Assembly (NCBI RefSeq): GCF_006345805.1
Contig: NW_021837043.1
Location: forward strand, 1 to 64,000
From: Octopus sinensis
Lineage: Eukaryota
DNA: 64,000 bases
Reading direction: 5' to 3'
The position numbers were made by a program, and so were the translations under genes. Below the pieces are notes generated by a model. That model was not told the origin of the DNA. It made no database searches and saw only the letters and a list, made by a program, of their open reading frames with translations. Positions 13,071 to 25,227 of this stretch are shown here, piece by piece. Within the stretch, counting starts at the first letter, position 1; every line of letters begins with the position of its first letter.

Positions 13071-13719
13071 ATGTGGTGTAGACAGAGAACAAAAGAAATT
13101 TGCTGTTCAGACACACACACACAGAGGGTGGTGCAAAAGTGAAATAACACTTTGCCACAATATCTTCATATTTGTTATTCTTTGTAAGTAAATGTGATAT
13201 AAATGTTCATAAAATGAGAATTATTTTTTATTTTAGAAACATGTTGTAGGAGCGGCTGTGTGGTAAGTAGCTTGCTTACCAACCACATGGTTCCAGGTTC
13301 AGTCTCACTGCGTGGCACCTTGGACAAGTGTCTTCTGCTATAGCCTCGGGGCCGACCAAGCCTTGTGAGTGGATCTGGTAGACGGAAGCTGAAAGAAGCC
13401 CATCGTATATATGTATATGTTTATATATATATATGTGTGTGTGTTTGTGTGTCTATGTTTGTTCCCCCAACACAACTTGAAAACCGGTCCTGGTGTGTTT
13501 ACGTCCCTGTAACTTAGCGGCTCGGCAAAAGGGACCGATAGAATAGGTGTGTTTATGTCCCCATAACGTAGCAGTTCGTCGAAAGGGACCGATAGAATAA
13601 GTACTAGGCTTACAAAGAATAAGTCCTGGGGTCGATTTGCTCGACTAAAGGCGGTGCTCCAGCGTGGCCACAGTCAAATGACTGAAACAAGTAAAAGAGT
13701 AAAGAGTGTGCCAGAGAAG

Positions 13720-14265
13720 TTGTCAATAAACGAATGTGTTGAAGTTATTCTCTTGTGTGGAACAGTTTGGAAGCTCTAATCGATTAGTTGCACTGCAGTT
13801 TAATAGCCTTCACCCCAAAAGGATGCCTATTGATCAGTCAACAGTTGGAAGGTTGTTAAAAAGGAAACAGGAAGTGTCCGTGACTGAGAACATAGTGGTA
13901 GACCAAGAACAACAACAGATAAGTCAAGACTATTGAAGAGGTTGCAAGACGTAACAAAAATTTTAGGAAAATAAAAATAAGAAACAAGTGGAAATTTTAC
14001 CGGTGAGTGTTTTGAATTATAAGGCACAAAAAGAAAATGACTCTCCCCAGACACAACAGATAAAGTAACTGCAATTACTTTAGTTACTCATATTGAACAG
14101 AGTTCAATAAAATCAACAGCAAAACCATCTCAAGAAACTGGTGTCAGAAGACACTTGGTTCAGCGTATTTTAAAATTGCATGTTTTCCATCTGTATAAAT
14201 TCCATTTAGTTCAGGCGTTACATGTTGGACGACAGAGACCAGAGAATAGAAATCTGTGATTGGAT
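13720..14265 (+). mobile_element. Tc1/Tc3-like transposase relic (HTH part)
   Basis: SNRLVALQFNSLHP...STVGRLLK..(E)TGSV-type fragments. A related catalytic fragment (VEFCEW...[13 protein letters not shown]) lies at 42218-42380 on the minus strand. Confidence 0.5.
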
Positions 14266-17200
14266 CATCATCATCATCATCGTTTAGTGTCTGCTTTCCA
14301 TGCTAGCATGGGTTGGACGGTTCAACTGGGGTCTGGGAAGCCCGAAGGCTGCACTAGGCCAGTCAGATCTGGCAATGTTTCTACAGCTGGATGCCCTTCC
14401 TAACGCCAACCACTCCGTGAGTGTAGAGGGTGCTTTTTACGTTCCACTGGCACAGGTGCCAGACGGGGCTGGCGAACGGCCACGGTCGGATGGTACTTTT
14501 TACATGCCACCGGCACGGAGGCCAGTCGATGCGGTGCTGGCTACGGCCACGTTCGGATGGTTCTCTTATGTGCTACCGGCACTGGTACCACAACTACAAA
14601 TTCCATTGATGTTGATCGATTTCGATTTTGAACAATTTATCAAAAACATCTTGAAGGAGACACAGGCCCTCCAAAAATGGTGAATATCTATGAATGCTCA
14701 AATCTATTTTTGATGCCTGTATTTGATGATGAACTGGTAAAAACTGGTTACTTTGTGATTGAGATCTCATGGGAGGTTTTGGGCGATTTGATTGAGATCT
14801 CATGGGAGGTTTTGGGCGATTTTTGTTTTCTCCCTTATTACCAGATTTTTTTCTGTTCATAAAACGATTGCACCAGCCTACTATTGCTTAAAAATCTTTA
14901 CTTTCTTCTTTATATGATTCAGCCCATTTTAGGGCATAAGATCTTATTCTATTTCATGTTACAATGTAGACATCGTGTCTCTGCTGGAGTACCCATTCTG
15001 CTACATCATTTCCCAATTTTGGCCAATGAGTGCTTCCTCTTCTCATTGCATATTTTTGCTTGTTCATTTGTTTTAATTTTCTCTCATTCTTTCTCCACTC
15101 TCATACCAACTTCCTGGTAACATTGAATGTTCTAGTAACAGCACAATTGTTCAAACTCTTGGCTACAGCTATAACTTTCAATTTTCTTCTTTTTGCTGGT
15201 GGTTGCATATTGGCATACTCTTTTACTCTTTTTACTTGTTTCAGTCATTTGACTGCGGCCATGCTGGAGCACCGCCTTTAGTCGAGCAAATCGACCCTGG
15301 GACTTATTCTTTGTAAGCCCAGTACTTATTCTATCGGTCTCTTTTGCCGAACCGCTAAGTGACGGGGATATAAACACACCAGAATCGGTTGTTAAGCAAT
15401 GCTAGAGGGACAAACACAGACACACAAACATATACACACATACATACATATATATATACATATATACGACAGGCTTCTTTCAGTTTCCGTCTACCAAATC
15501 CACTCACAAGGCTTTGGTCAGCCCGAGGCTATAGCAGAAGACATTTGCCCAAGATGCTACGCAGTGGGACTGAACCCGGAACCATGTGGTTGGTTAGCAA
15601 GCTACTTACCACACAGCCACTCCTGCGCCTATGGGTATAAAATAATCATAACTTTCATTTGACTAGGTAGTTTGTGATTTTATATGAAATATAGGTAAAT
15701 AGTTATTAATACATCAAGCTGACTGTAACTGATTAGAACATTTCAGTCATATGAACCACTATTATCATATTGTTGTTAGCAGATGTTATGATAGCAATAA
15801 AGTTTTGATAAAAAAGAAGAATCAGGTTCCTTTTTAGGCAACGTAAATATGAAAAAAACATAATACAAAAATGGATTTGTTATTTTGTTTATTTTAATTT
15901 TTAAGGATAAAGTAAGTAAAAAAAAAAAAAATTTGTTTATACATCATCTTTACGTGACCAATATTTCTAAAGATACCTGGTGTTGCAAAAGCTAACCTCT
16001 ACACAAATGGTTTTGTAATTTAGCAGCTGTCATATACTACAGATATGAGATAAATTTATGAAATCTTTTACAAACTTTGACCTCGTCTTATCTAAAGGTT
16101 GTCTTACACACAGAAATATGTTCCTTCTCGAGGCATGCCTGGCTCATAAGGGGCGGTTTCCTGGTTTCTTGGCGTATAGGTTCCCCACCTGGACGGGATG
16201 CTGGTCCGTCGCAGGTGAGCTGCAAGATGCAGGAGGAAAGAGTGAGAGAAAGTCATGGCAAAGAGTCAGCAGAAGTTTGCCATTACCTTCTGCCAGAGCC
16301 GCGTGGAGCTTTGGTGTTTTCGCTCATAAACATACACATCGCCCGGTCTGAGATTTGAACCCGTGATCCCTCGACCGCAAGTCTGCTGCTCTAACCACTA
16401 GGCCATGTGCATTCACACACAGAAATATACAGTATGTAATTGCAGCCAATAACTTGGGCTCCTTTTATTGAGCTTGGTTGCAGTTCATTTATTTTCTTTC
16501 AGTGTCTGGCGGTCGTCTTAGAAGTGCCCCATGTTAAAAAAAAAATATCATTCATAGCAGATGTTCTCTTGACATCATTCACATGCTCCTGAATTGGGTT
16601 CAGAAGTTACAGCCGCCCAAGTAATAACCATACTAACAGGTATTTAGCATTTAAACTGGCCATATCCGGTCCAAATAGTCTACTAGTTTTATTTTCAAAC
16701 TGGCCAGATCTGGCTTTTCACACTTATCCTACAATATCATACTAAAAATATACAAACATCATCGAAATCTCCATTAATTCAAAGCAATGTGAATAGATAA
16801 GGATTACATTTAACAGACTAATTTGAATGCTAAAGGTTTAAACACTATTTTTATTGGCACACTGTTGGTTTACGTTCTGAGTTCAAATTCCGCCGAGGTC
16901 AACTTGGCCTTTCATCCTTTCGGGGTTGATAAATTAAGTACCTGTTTCTTTACTACTGACAAGGGGGGCTAAACACAGAGAGGACAAACAAGGACAGACA
17001 AACGGATTAAGTCGATTATATCAACCCCAGTGCGTAACTGGTACTTAATTTATCGACCCCGAAAGGATGAAAGGCTAAGTCGACCTCAGCGGAATTTGAA
17101 CTCAGAACGTAACGGCAGACGAAATACCTATTTCTTTACTACCCACAAGGGGCTAAACACAGAGAGGACAAACAAGGACAGACAAACGGATTAAGTCGAT

Positions 17201-17783
17201 TATATCGACCCCAGTGCGTAACTGGTACTTAATTTATCGACCCCGAAAGGATGAAAGGCAAAGTCGACCTTGGCGGAATTTGAACTCAGAATGTAACGGC
17301 AGACGAAATACGGCTACACATTTCGCCCGGTGTGCTAACGTTTCTGCCAGTTATGCACTGGGGTCGATATAATTGACTTAATCCGTGTGCCTGTCATTGT
17401 TTGTCCTCTCTGTGTTTAGCCCCTTGTGGGTAGTAAAGAAATAGGTTATGATGATGAGGGTTCCAGGTGATCTGATAAATGGAACAGTCTGCTTGTAGGA
17501 TTAACATGCAAGTGGCTGAGTACTCCACAGACATGTGTACACTTGATTAGTCATCAAGGAGATTCAGCACGACACAGAATGTGACAAAGCTGGCCCTTTG
17601 AAATTACAGGTACTACTCATTCTTGTCAGCTGAGTGGACTGGAGCAACGTGAGATAAAGTGTCTTGCCCAAGGACACAACGCGCTGCCGGGAATTGAACT
17701 CACAACCTTCCAATCACGAACCAAGTAACCTAACCACTGAGCCACATGCCTTCACTACTAATTACTTAATGATGTAATTATTA

Positions 17784-17816
<33 letters not shown>

Positions 17817-17818
17817 AT

Positions 17819-17875
<57 letters not shown>

Positions 17876-18013
17876 TACACACTTTGTACATTGCGCACAC
17901 GCTGCTGTTCATTTTCAAAGATATTTATCTTCATCAACTGTGATGTAGATGATGACGATGACGACGATGATGATGATGATGATGACGATGATGTAGAGTT
18001 TAACCAAATGTTC

Positions 18014-18259
18014 TCATTCTCTGGAATCTTTGACAACCAGTTCTTTGAATCCTGTTTCCTCATCAAATTCTCGCGTGAACGTAAGCCCCTGGCACTCTCC
18101 AATGACCACCTCCACTGTAGTGTAGACAATTAAATCTCCGAACACATGACCTCCAACGACCTTTCCTTCAGTGTCGCTGAGAGACATATGAAGGTGCCCG
18201 TCATCGGAAAGTGTCCCAACTAGAGATACGATTTCAAGAAAGCCTTCGTAATCTTTCAC
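18014..18259 (-). CDS. PPC/DUF296-domain protein, last coding exon (81 aa + stop)
   Basis: ttttttacag|GTG phase-0 acceptor matches the exon-1 donor. Reads VKDYEGFLEIVSLVGTLSDDGHLHMSLSDTEGKVVGGHVFGDLIVYTTVEVVI...FDEETGFKEL, with the PPC hallmarks EIVSL.GT, HLH.S and V.GGH. Joined protein is 135 aa. Confidence 0.92.
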   Translation of the reverse strand: MKDYEGFLEIVSLVGTLSDDGHLHMSLSDTEGKVVGGHVFGDLIVYTTVEVVIGECQGLTFTREFDEETGFKELVVKDSRE

Positions 18260-18284
18260 CTGTAAAAAAATAAAAGAAGATATC

Positions 18285-18805
18285 AACATCATCATCATCA
18301 CCACCACCACCACCACCACCACCACCACCATCATTATCACCACCACCACCACCACCACCACCACCACCATCATTACCACCACTACCACCACTACTACCAC
18401 CACCACCATCATTATCACCACCATTATCACCACCACCACCACCACCATCATTATCACCATCACCGCCACCACCACCACCATTATCACCATCATCACCACT
18501 ACCACCACCACCACCACCAGCATCACCACCACCACCATCATTACCACCACCACCACCATCATTACCACCACCACCACCACCATCATCACCCCCCACCACC
18601 ACCACCACCACTACCACCACCACCATTATTATCACCATCATCACCACCACCACCACCACCACCACCACCACCACCACCACCACCACTACCACCACCACCA
18701 TCATCATCACTCCCCCACCACCATTATCACCATCATCACCACCACCACCACCATCACCACCACCACCACCACTACCACCACCACCATCATCACCACCACC
18801 ACCAT
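18285..18805. repeat. (CAC/CAT)n trinucleotide tract abutting the PPC 3' splice site
   Basis: Directly visible in sequence. Confidence 0.95.
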
Positions 18806-19290
18806 TTTAATGTTCAATTTTCCATCCCTGCATAGGTTGGATGGAATTAATCGAGGCAAATATTCTAGACCCGGATGCTCTTCCTGTTGCCAACCCTTGC
18901 CTGTTTTCCAAGCAAAATAATATTTTCCCATGACCACACGTGTTTTCCAGAATACTGTAAATGAACGACACAGCTTGTATATGACAATTGCACTCATTTA
19001 CATCTATCATAGGATGTTAAGGCATGGAGTATCATTTCCCATTTTCCGCACTTGATGACCATTCTCTTTTCAAGTGGACCAATATCATGGCGGACATCCT
19101 CTTTCTGAATAACATCCTGAGTAATATTAATGACATGCATAAATCTATACTAGCTTGCTAACCAACTACATGGTTCCGGGTTCAGTCCCACTGCGTGGCA
19201 TCTTGGGCAAGTGTCTTCTGCTATAGCCTTGGGCCGACCAAAGCCTTGTGAGTGGATTTGGTAGACGGAAACTGAAAGAAGCCTGTCGTA

Positions 19291-19353
<63 letters not shown>

Positions 19354-20164
19354 TTGTGTGTCTGTGTTTGTCCCCCTAGCATTGCTTGACAGCCGATGTT
19401 GGTATGTTTACGTCCCCGTCACTTAGCGGTTCGGCAAAAGAGACCGATAGAATAAGTACTGGGCTTACAAAGAATAAGTGCCGGGGTCGAGTTGCTCGAC
19501 TAAAGGCGGTGCTCCAGCATGGCCGCAGTCAAATGACTGAAACAAGTAAAAAAAAAAAAAATATGTGTGTGTGTGTTTGTTTACGCACGTGTGTGTGTGC
19601 ATGTCTGTAGGGTTATAATAAAATAAATGCACACTTTTTTAAAGCCTAGCCAGGCTCATGGGCCCGGCTTCCCGGTTTCTATGGCGTATGTGTCCCCCCC
19701 CAGCTGGACAGGATGCCAGTCCATCACAGCATTACTCATTTTTACCAGCTGAATGGACTAGAGCAACGTGAAATGAAGTGTTTTGCTCAAGAACACAATG
19801 CGTCACCCGGTCCAGGAATCGAAACCACAATCTCCCAGAATTTCAAGCCTTGAACCTACAGCAGAAAAAAAATTATCTATGTTAATATCTATGTTCCTAA
19901 AATGTATTTCTCACGTTGAAATGAAATAATTATAACTTATAGAATTAAAAAGAATACCGTAAATTCCTGCCTTTGTTTTAATATTATCAGCACTCTATGA
20001 CTAATACATTTGATCAGGAATTTCAACCTGTATGTACGGTTTTCTTCATGAAAAGAGAACATCTGCACACAGACAATTGATGACTGGAATGTGCACATGA
20101 GCTTCGTGAGGACACAGCTCGGATTGTAATCCCTATTACACACTCATTCTACTTTCTCTCTATA

Positions 20165-20195
20165 CAAATGTGTGTGTGTGTGTATTTCTGTGTGT

Positions 20196-20227
<32 letters not shown>

Positions 20228-20662
20228 CTGTGTGTGTATGTGTGTGTGTGTATGTGTGTGTGCGTGAGTGTGTATGTACGTCTGTGTGTGTGTTTGTGTG
20301 TGTGTATGCGTGTGTGTATGTATGCGTGTGTATGCATGTGTGTGTGTGTGTATGTGTGTGTTTGTGTGTGTGTATGTATGTATTTGTGTGTGTGTGTGTA
20401 TGTGTGTGTATGTGTGTGTGTATGTGTGTGTATGTATGTGTGTGTATGCGTGTGTGTGTACGTCTGTGTGTATGTGTGTGTGTGTATGTGTGTGTGTGTA
20501 TGTGTGTGTGTGTATGTGTGAGTGTGTGTGTATGTGTGTAAGTGTGTGTATGTGTATGTGTGTATGTGTGTGTATATGTATGTGTGTGTATGTATGTGTG
20601 TGTGTATGTTGTGTGTGTATGTTTGTGTGTGTGTGTATGTGTGTGTGTGTATGTATGTGTGT
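20165..20662. repeat. (TG/TA)n microsatellite
   Basis: Directly visible. Other long tracts at ~6050-6200 (GAA), 12440-12625 (CATA), 47099-47323 (CAT/CAC), 52437-52798 (GAT), 53090-53590, 61215-61760 (GA), 62010-62260 (TAG/TGG) and 63270-63860. Confidence 0.95.
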
Positions 20663-21451
20663 AAAATTAATATAAACAGTAGTTTGTAATGTTTCACCAA
20701 AAAGGAAAATTACAAATGTCACTAAATGTGACTGGAGTGTTAGAAAACACTCACATTGCTAGAAATAAGAGCTAAACTGCTGTAGTTAATGTACATGAAT
20801 GAAAGCATCTACACTATGATCCCTGTTAGTGTATATGTTTTCATTCACATGCATTAACTACAGCATTAGAGTGGTTTAGCTCTTATTTCTAGTAATCTAG
20901 GTGTTTCCTAACACCCTAGTCACATTTAGGCATGGCTGTATGGTTATGAAGGTGGTGAGCTGGCAGAAACGTTAGCGCGCCGGGCGAAATGCTTAGCGGT
21001 ATTTCGTCTGTTGTTACGTTCTGAGTTCAAATTCTGCCGAGGTCGACTTTGTCTATCATCCTTTCGGGTCGATAAATAAAGTACCAGTTTCGCACTGGGG
21101 GTCGATGTAATCGACTTAATCCCTTTGTCTGTCCTTGTTTGTCCCCTCTATGTTTAGCCCCTTGTGGGCAGCAAAGAAATATATGAAGCTTGCTTCCCAA
21201 CTATGTGGTTCTGGATTCAGTCCCATTGCATGGCACATTAGCCAAGTGTCTTTTACCACAGCTTTAAGCCGACCAGATTCTTGTGAGTGAATTTGGTAGA
21301 TATAAACAGAAAGAAGGACTAGTAAGTAATATCCGTGACTCTTTTCAGTGTCTCTAAGATCGGTGAGAGGAAGTTATCCTTGGAATCACTAGTTAGCCCT
21401 AACTGCTTGCAACTAATCCCACTAAAAGCACATAAGAGTTGAGTGAGGATG

Positions 21452-22803
21452 TTAACCCTTTAGCATTTAAACTGGCCATATTCAGCCTATTTTACCTGTT
21501 TTATGTTCAAAGCAGCCAAATCTGGCCTCTAAAACCTACCTTACAATGTCATTCTAAAAATAAACAGTCACATCATTGAACTCTCAAAGCCATGTGATTG
21601 TTGGCACTCCGTCGGTTATGACGATGAGGGTTCCAGTTGATCTGATCAACGGAACAGCCTGCTCATGAAATTAACGTGCAAGTGGCTGAGCACTCCACAG
21701 ACACGTGTACCCTTAATGTAGTTCTCGGGGAGATTCAGTGTGACACAGAGTGTGACAAGGTTGGCCCTTTGAAATACAGGTACAACAGAAACAGGAAGAA
21801 AGAGTGAGAGAAAGTTGTGGTGAAAGAGTACATCAGGGATCACCACCATCCCCTGCTAGAGCCTTGTGGAACTTTTGGTGTTTTCACTCAATAAACACTC
21901 ACAACGTCCGGTCTGGGAATCGAAACCACGATCCTATGACTGCGAGTCCACTGCCCTAACCACTGGGCCATTGCACCTTCACAAAACCATGTGATAATGC
22001 ATGATTAAATAAGGTGTAGTGACGCCATCTTGGAAATCTCCAGCACGCATGCACAGGGTTGGAGTCTTCCAGGAGGTCTGCCGGAAGTTCCCTCATACAC
22101 ATGCGCAGAAAACTAGCAGCAGCAAAATCCCCCGTATCGTTCTCTTGAATGCCGCCAGCTGAACAGGACAGTCATGTTTTAGCAGCTCTCTCAAGCTGCT
22201 ACCTCGTGATGTATCTCTGCTATGCTTGAATGGACAGGATTTGGATCACTCCGCTTGACTACTGCAACAAGCTCCTAGGCTGCTGATTCGCCCGGAAAGA
22301 AGAATGTATATATTGTGAATCAAGAAATAAATATTTATACTATTGAAGTTAATCAGAAGTCTTGACTCTTTCCTTTGATTAAAATTTAGTTGTGATACCT
22401 GTACTGGTGGCATGTAAAAAGCACCATCTAAACGTGGCTGATGCCAGCACCACTTTGACTGGCTTCCGTTCCGGTGGCATGTAAAAAGCACCAACTGATC
22501 ATTGCCGTTGCCAGCCTCCTCTGGCACCTGTGCCGGTGGCACATAAAAAGCACCAACTACACTCATGGAGTGGTTGGCGTTAGGAAGGGCATCCAGCTGT
22601 AGAAACACTGCCAGATCAGACTGGAGCCTGGTGCAGCCTCCAGGCTTCCCAGACCCCGGTCGAACCGTCCAACCCATGCTAGCATGGAAAACGGATGTTA
22701 AATGATGATGATGATGCAAGCTGCACCCATCCAGTGCGGGGACCTCTCATCCTATTACAAAGGATTTACATAGGACAGAGTTATCTGAATGCTACAAGAT
22801 TAA
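21452..22803. mobile_element. piggyBac-type MITE split by a SINE and the solo LTR
   Basis: TTAA-CCCTTTAGCAT start; degenerate ATGCTACAAGA-TTAA end. An uninterrupted relative lies at ~16640-16841. Confidence 0.6.
22015..22759. mobile_element. Solo LTR (Gypsy-like) carrying a SINE insertion
   Basis: TGTAGT...ATTACA termini, 4-bp direct repeat AAGG on both sides, internal AATAAA. A SINE occupies ~22398-22716. Confidence 0.7.
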
Positions 22804-23039
22804 ACTGGGCAATGCATTAAACCTACCACTCAAACAACCATGCCTTATCACACAGATTCTTGACTATCAAATTTTACTCAAAACACTTTGGCAAACTGAA
22901 GATTTAAAGCAGAAGCCATTTACCCAAGTTCCCTCTTAGTGGGATTAGATGCAAAGCCACAATTATGAAATACATTTCTCGGTCACACTGCTCTGTTGCA
23001 GCAATGAGATATCAATCATGAAAGTCAAAATTATCTTAC

Positions 23040-23201
23040 CGACACACTGTTTGCCATCCTCAAGCGGGCTTTGGTTAAACTACCAACAGCAGTTACAATG
23101 AAAGCACTTTTTAACTGCTTTTCTTGGACAAATGTTTTTAAAGAAGACACCAGTTCCTGGCCAGGTTTAATCCGTAGAGCATAACACTTCATGTCACACA
23201 T
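23040..23201 (-). CDS. PPC/DUF296-domain protein, first coding exon (54 codons)
   Basis: Reads MCDMKCYALRIKPGQELVSSLKTFVQEKQLKSAFIVTAVGSLTKARLRMANSVS, matching the PPC N-terminus (R.PG..L...L......AVGSL..A.LR). It is preceded by a tttcag acceptor, so an upstream exon exists, and ends in a phase-0 TCG|gtaaga donor. Confidence 0.88.
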
Positions 23202-23509
23202 GTTCTGAAAGATAAATAAAACCAGTGACTCAGTGGCATGAAAGAGATCAATAATTGATACAGGTTTAGACAACATTGCAAATTCAAAACATTTCAAAAC
23301 ATGTTTCAACGTTATCAAGAGGATGATGTGAATTATTTCTCTTCTGGTTTAACTCTATCATATCCCTTATCTTTTACTTGCTTCAGTCACTGGAAAGCAG
23401 GCCAAGCTGGGGCACCCCACCACTTACTTTTAAAGTTCTGGTACTTATTCTATCGGTGTCTTTTGCCAAACTGCTAAGTTACAAGGAGGTATATATCTAT
23501 CCATCTATG

Positions 23510-23598
<89 letters not shown>

Positions 23599-24013
23599 TA
23601 TATATATCTTCCTCCTCCTTTCCTTCCCCTCCTTCTCCTCTCCCTCCTCCTCCTCCCCTCACCCACAGCACACCACCCACATACCCAACCCCACATCTTT
23701 ACACCTACACATATCGTATCACAACATACCACCCACACACCCATCCCCATATCTCCACACCCACACATACATACATACACACGTCCAGACCACCAGCCCT
23801 CTTTCACACGCACATACATACTCTCTTGTACACACACGCACCGTCGTGTTGGGGCGAAGTCACTTGACCCTGTTATCTCCCCTACTATCCCTCTGGCTTC
23901 TAACGTCTGACCTCTGACCTCTGATCCCTGACTTCGGCCTGAAATCAGAACGCCATGTTGGATCGTTAGCTCCTACACGCATTTTTTTTCTCTCCTTGTT
24001 CCTTTTCTGTGTA

Positions 24014-24050
24014 TCTTTCTGTTGAAGAGCGTAGGCTCGAAATGTAAAAG
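24014..24050 (+). ncRNA. Putative minimal hammerhead ribozyme, A6U core variant
   Basis: TCTTT-CTGTTGA-A-GAGC-GTAG-GCTC-GAAA-TGT-A-AAAG; related copy on the minus strand at ~62665-62700. Confidence 0.45.
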
Positions 24051-24148
24051 CCTCTTTCTATTTCTATTCCTGAGCGCCATACTAATACATTTGTTTGTTT
24101 GTACACCACCTGCTTTCGTCTTTTCTTCATTTTCGTAAACCGTCCCGT

Positions 24149-24182
<34 letters not shown>

Positions 24183-25180
24183 CATATACATACATACATA
24201 TAAATATATATGTATGTATATATATACTCTAATATACCATACTTGGTATGTTGACCCTCCCCTCACCTATGTTTCTCTCCTCTTGCTGCTGCTGTTCTCC
24301 ATTCTTATTTTTATATTGTTCTCATCTTTCTATGTTCATATGTTCAGTCATGTTGTTACCATTGTGGTCGTTGTTGTTAGTGTTGTTGTTGTTGTTTCGA
24401 CCGTTTGTGAAGTTACTGTATTATGTGTTTGTGTGTATGTATATAGATTTGCTTATTATAGTGTTTGTATCCAAGCTCTTTATATAGTTTTTTTTGTTCA
24501 CTTATTTATCTCTAGTTCTAATATTTCATCATATGTGTATGCAGGTTTGTCTTTTGTGTGTGTATTACACTGTTTGTATCTGTGTCTTTTTTTCCCCATT
24601 CTGTCTTTAGTCGTCGTGTTGCATGGTGTGGTGGCGGTGGATGTTATTGTTCCATTCATTTTTTCTGTTGAGGCTTGTTTTATCTATTTCTATGTGTGTG
24701 GCCTCTGTAATCTATCTAAGTGTCGTGTCTCTTCTATGTGTTGATAATACTTTAACCTCTATGTTCTAATTGAGAATGTTGGCAGAGCACTGATGAGCTT
24801 TTCTTCTCTTTGAGCTCCCATCAATGTTCACCTATTCGCTCCCCTATGCTGCATACCATCTCTCCAATGTAAGTTGTCTTATTTCTGCATTGTCCTTCAG
24901 TACACCATAAGCTATAGACTACATACATTATGTAAGTCATGTTCCCTCTTTTACTCTTTTACTTGTTTCAGCCATTTGACTGCAGCAATGCTGGAGCACC
25001 GCCTTTAGTCGAGCAAATCGACCCCAGGACTTATTCTTTGTAAGCCCAGTACTTATTCTATCGGTCATTTTTGCCGAACCACTAAGTTACAGGGACGTAA
25101 ACACACCAGCATCGGTTGTCAAGTAATGTTGGGGGGATAAACACAGACACACAAACATACACACACACATACATATATAC

Positions 25181-25227
<47 letters not shown>

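Noticed and set aside
24214-24744. 176-aa hydrophobic ORF resembling a membrane protein
   Set aside because: It is T/G-rich low-complexity sequence next to Penelope-like repeats, with no recognisable motifs or splice structure.
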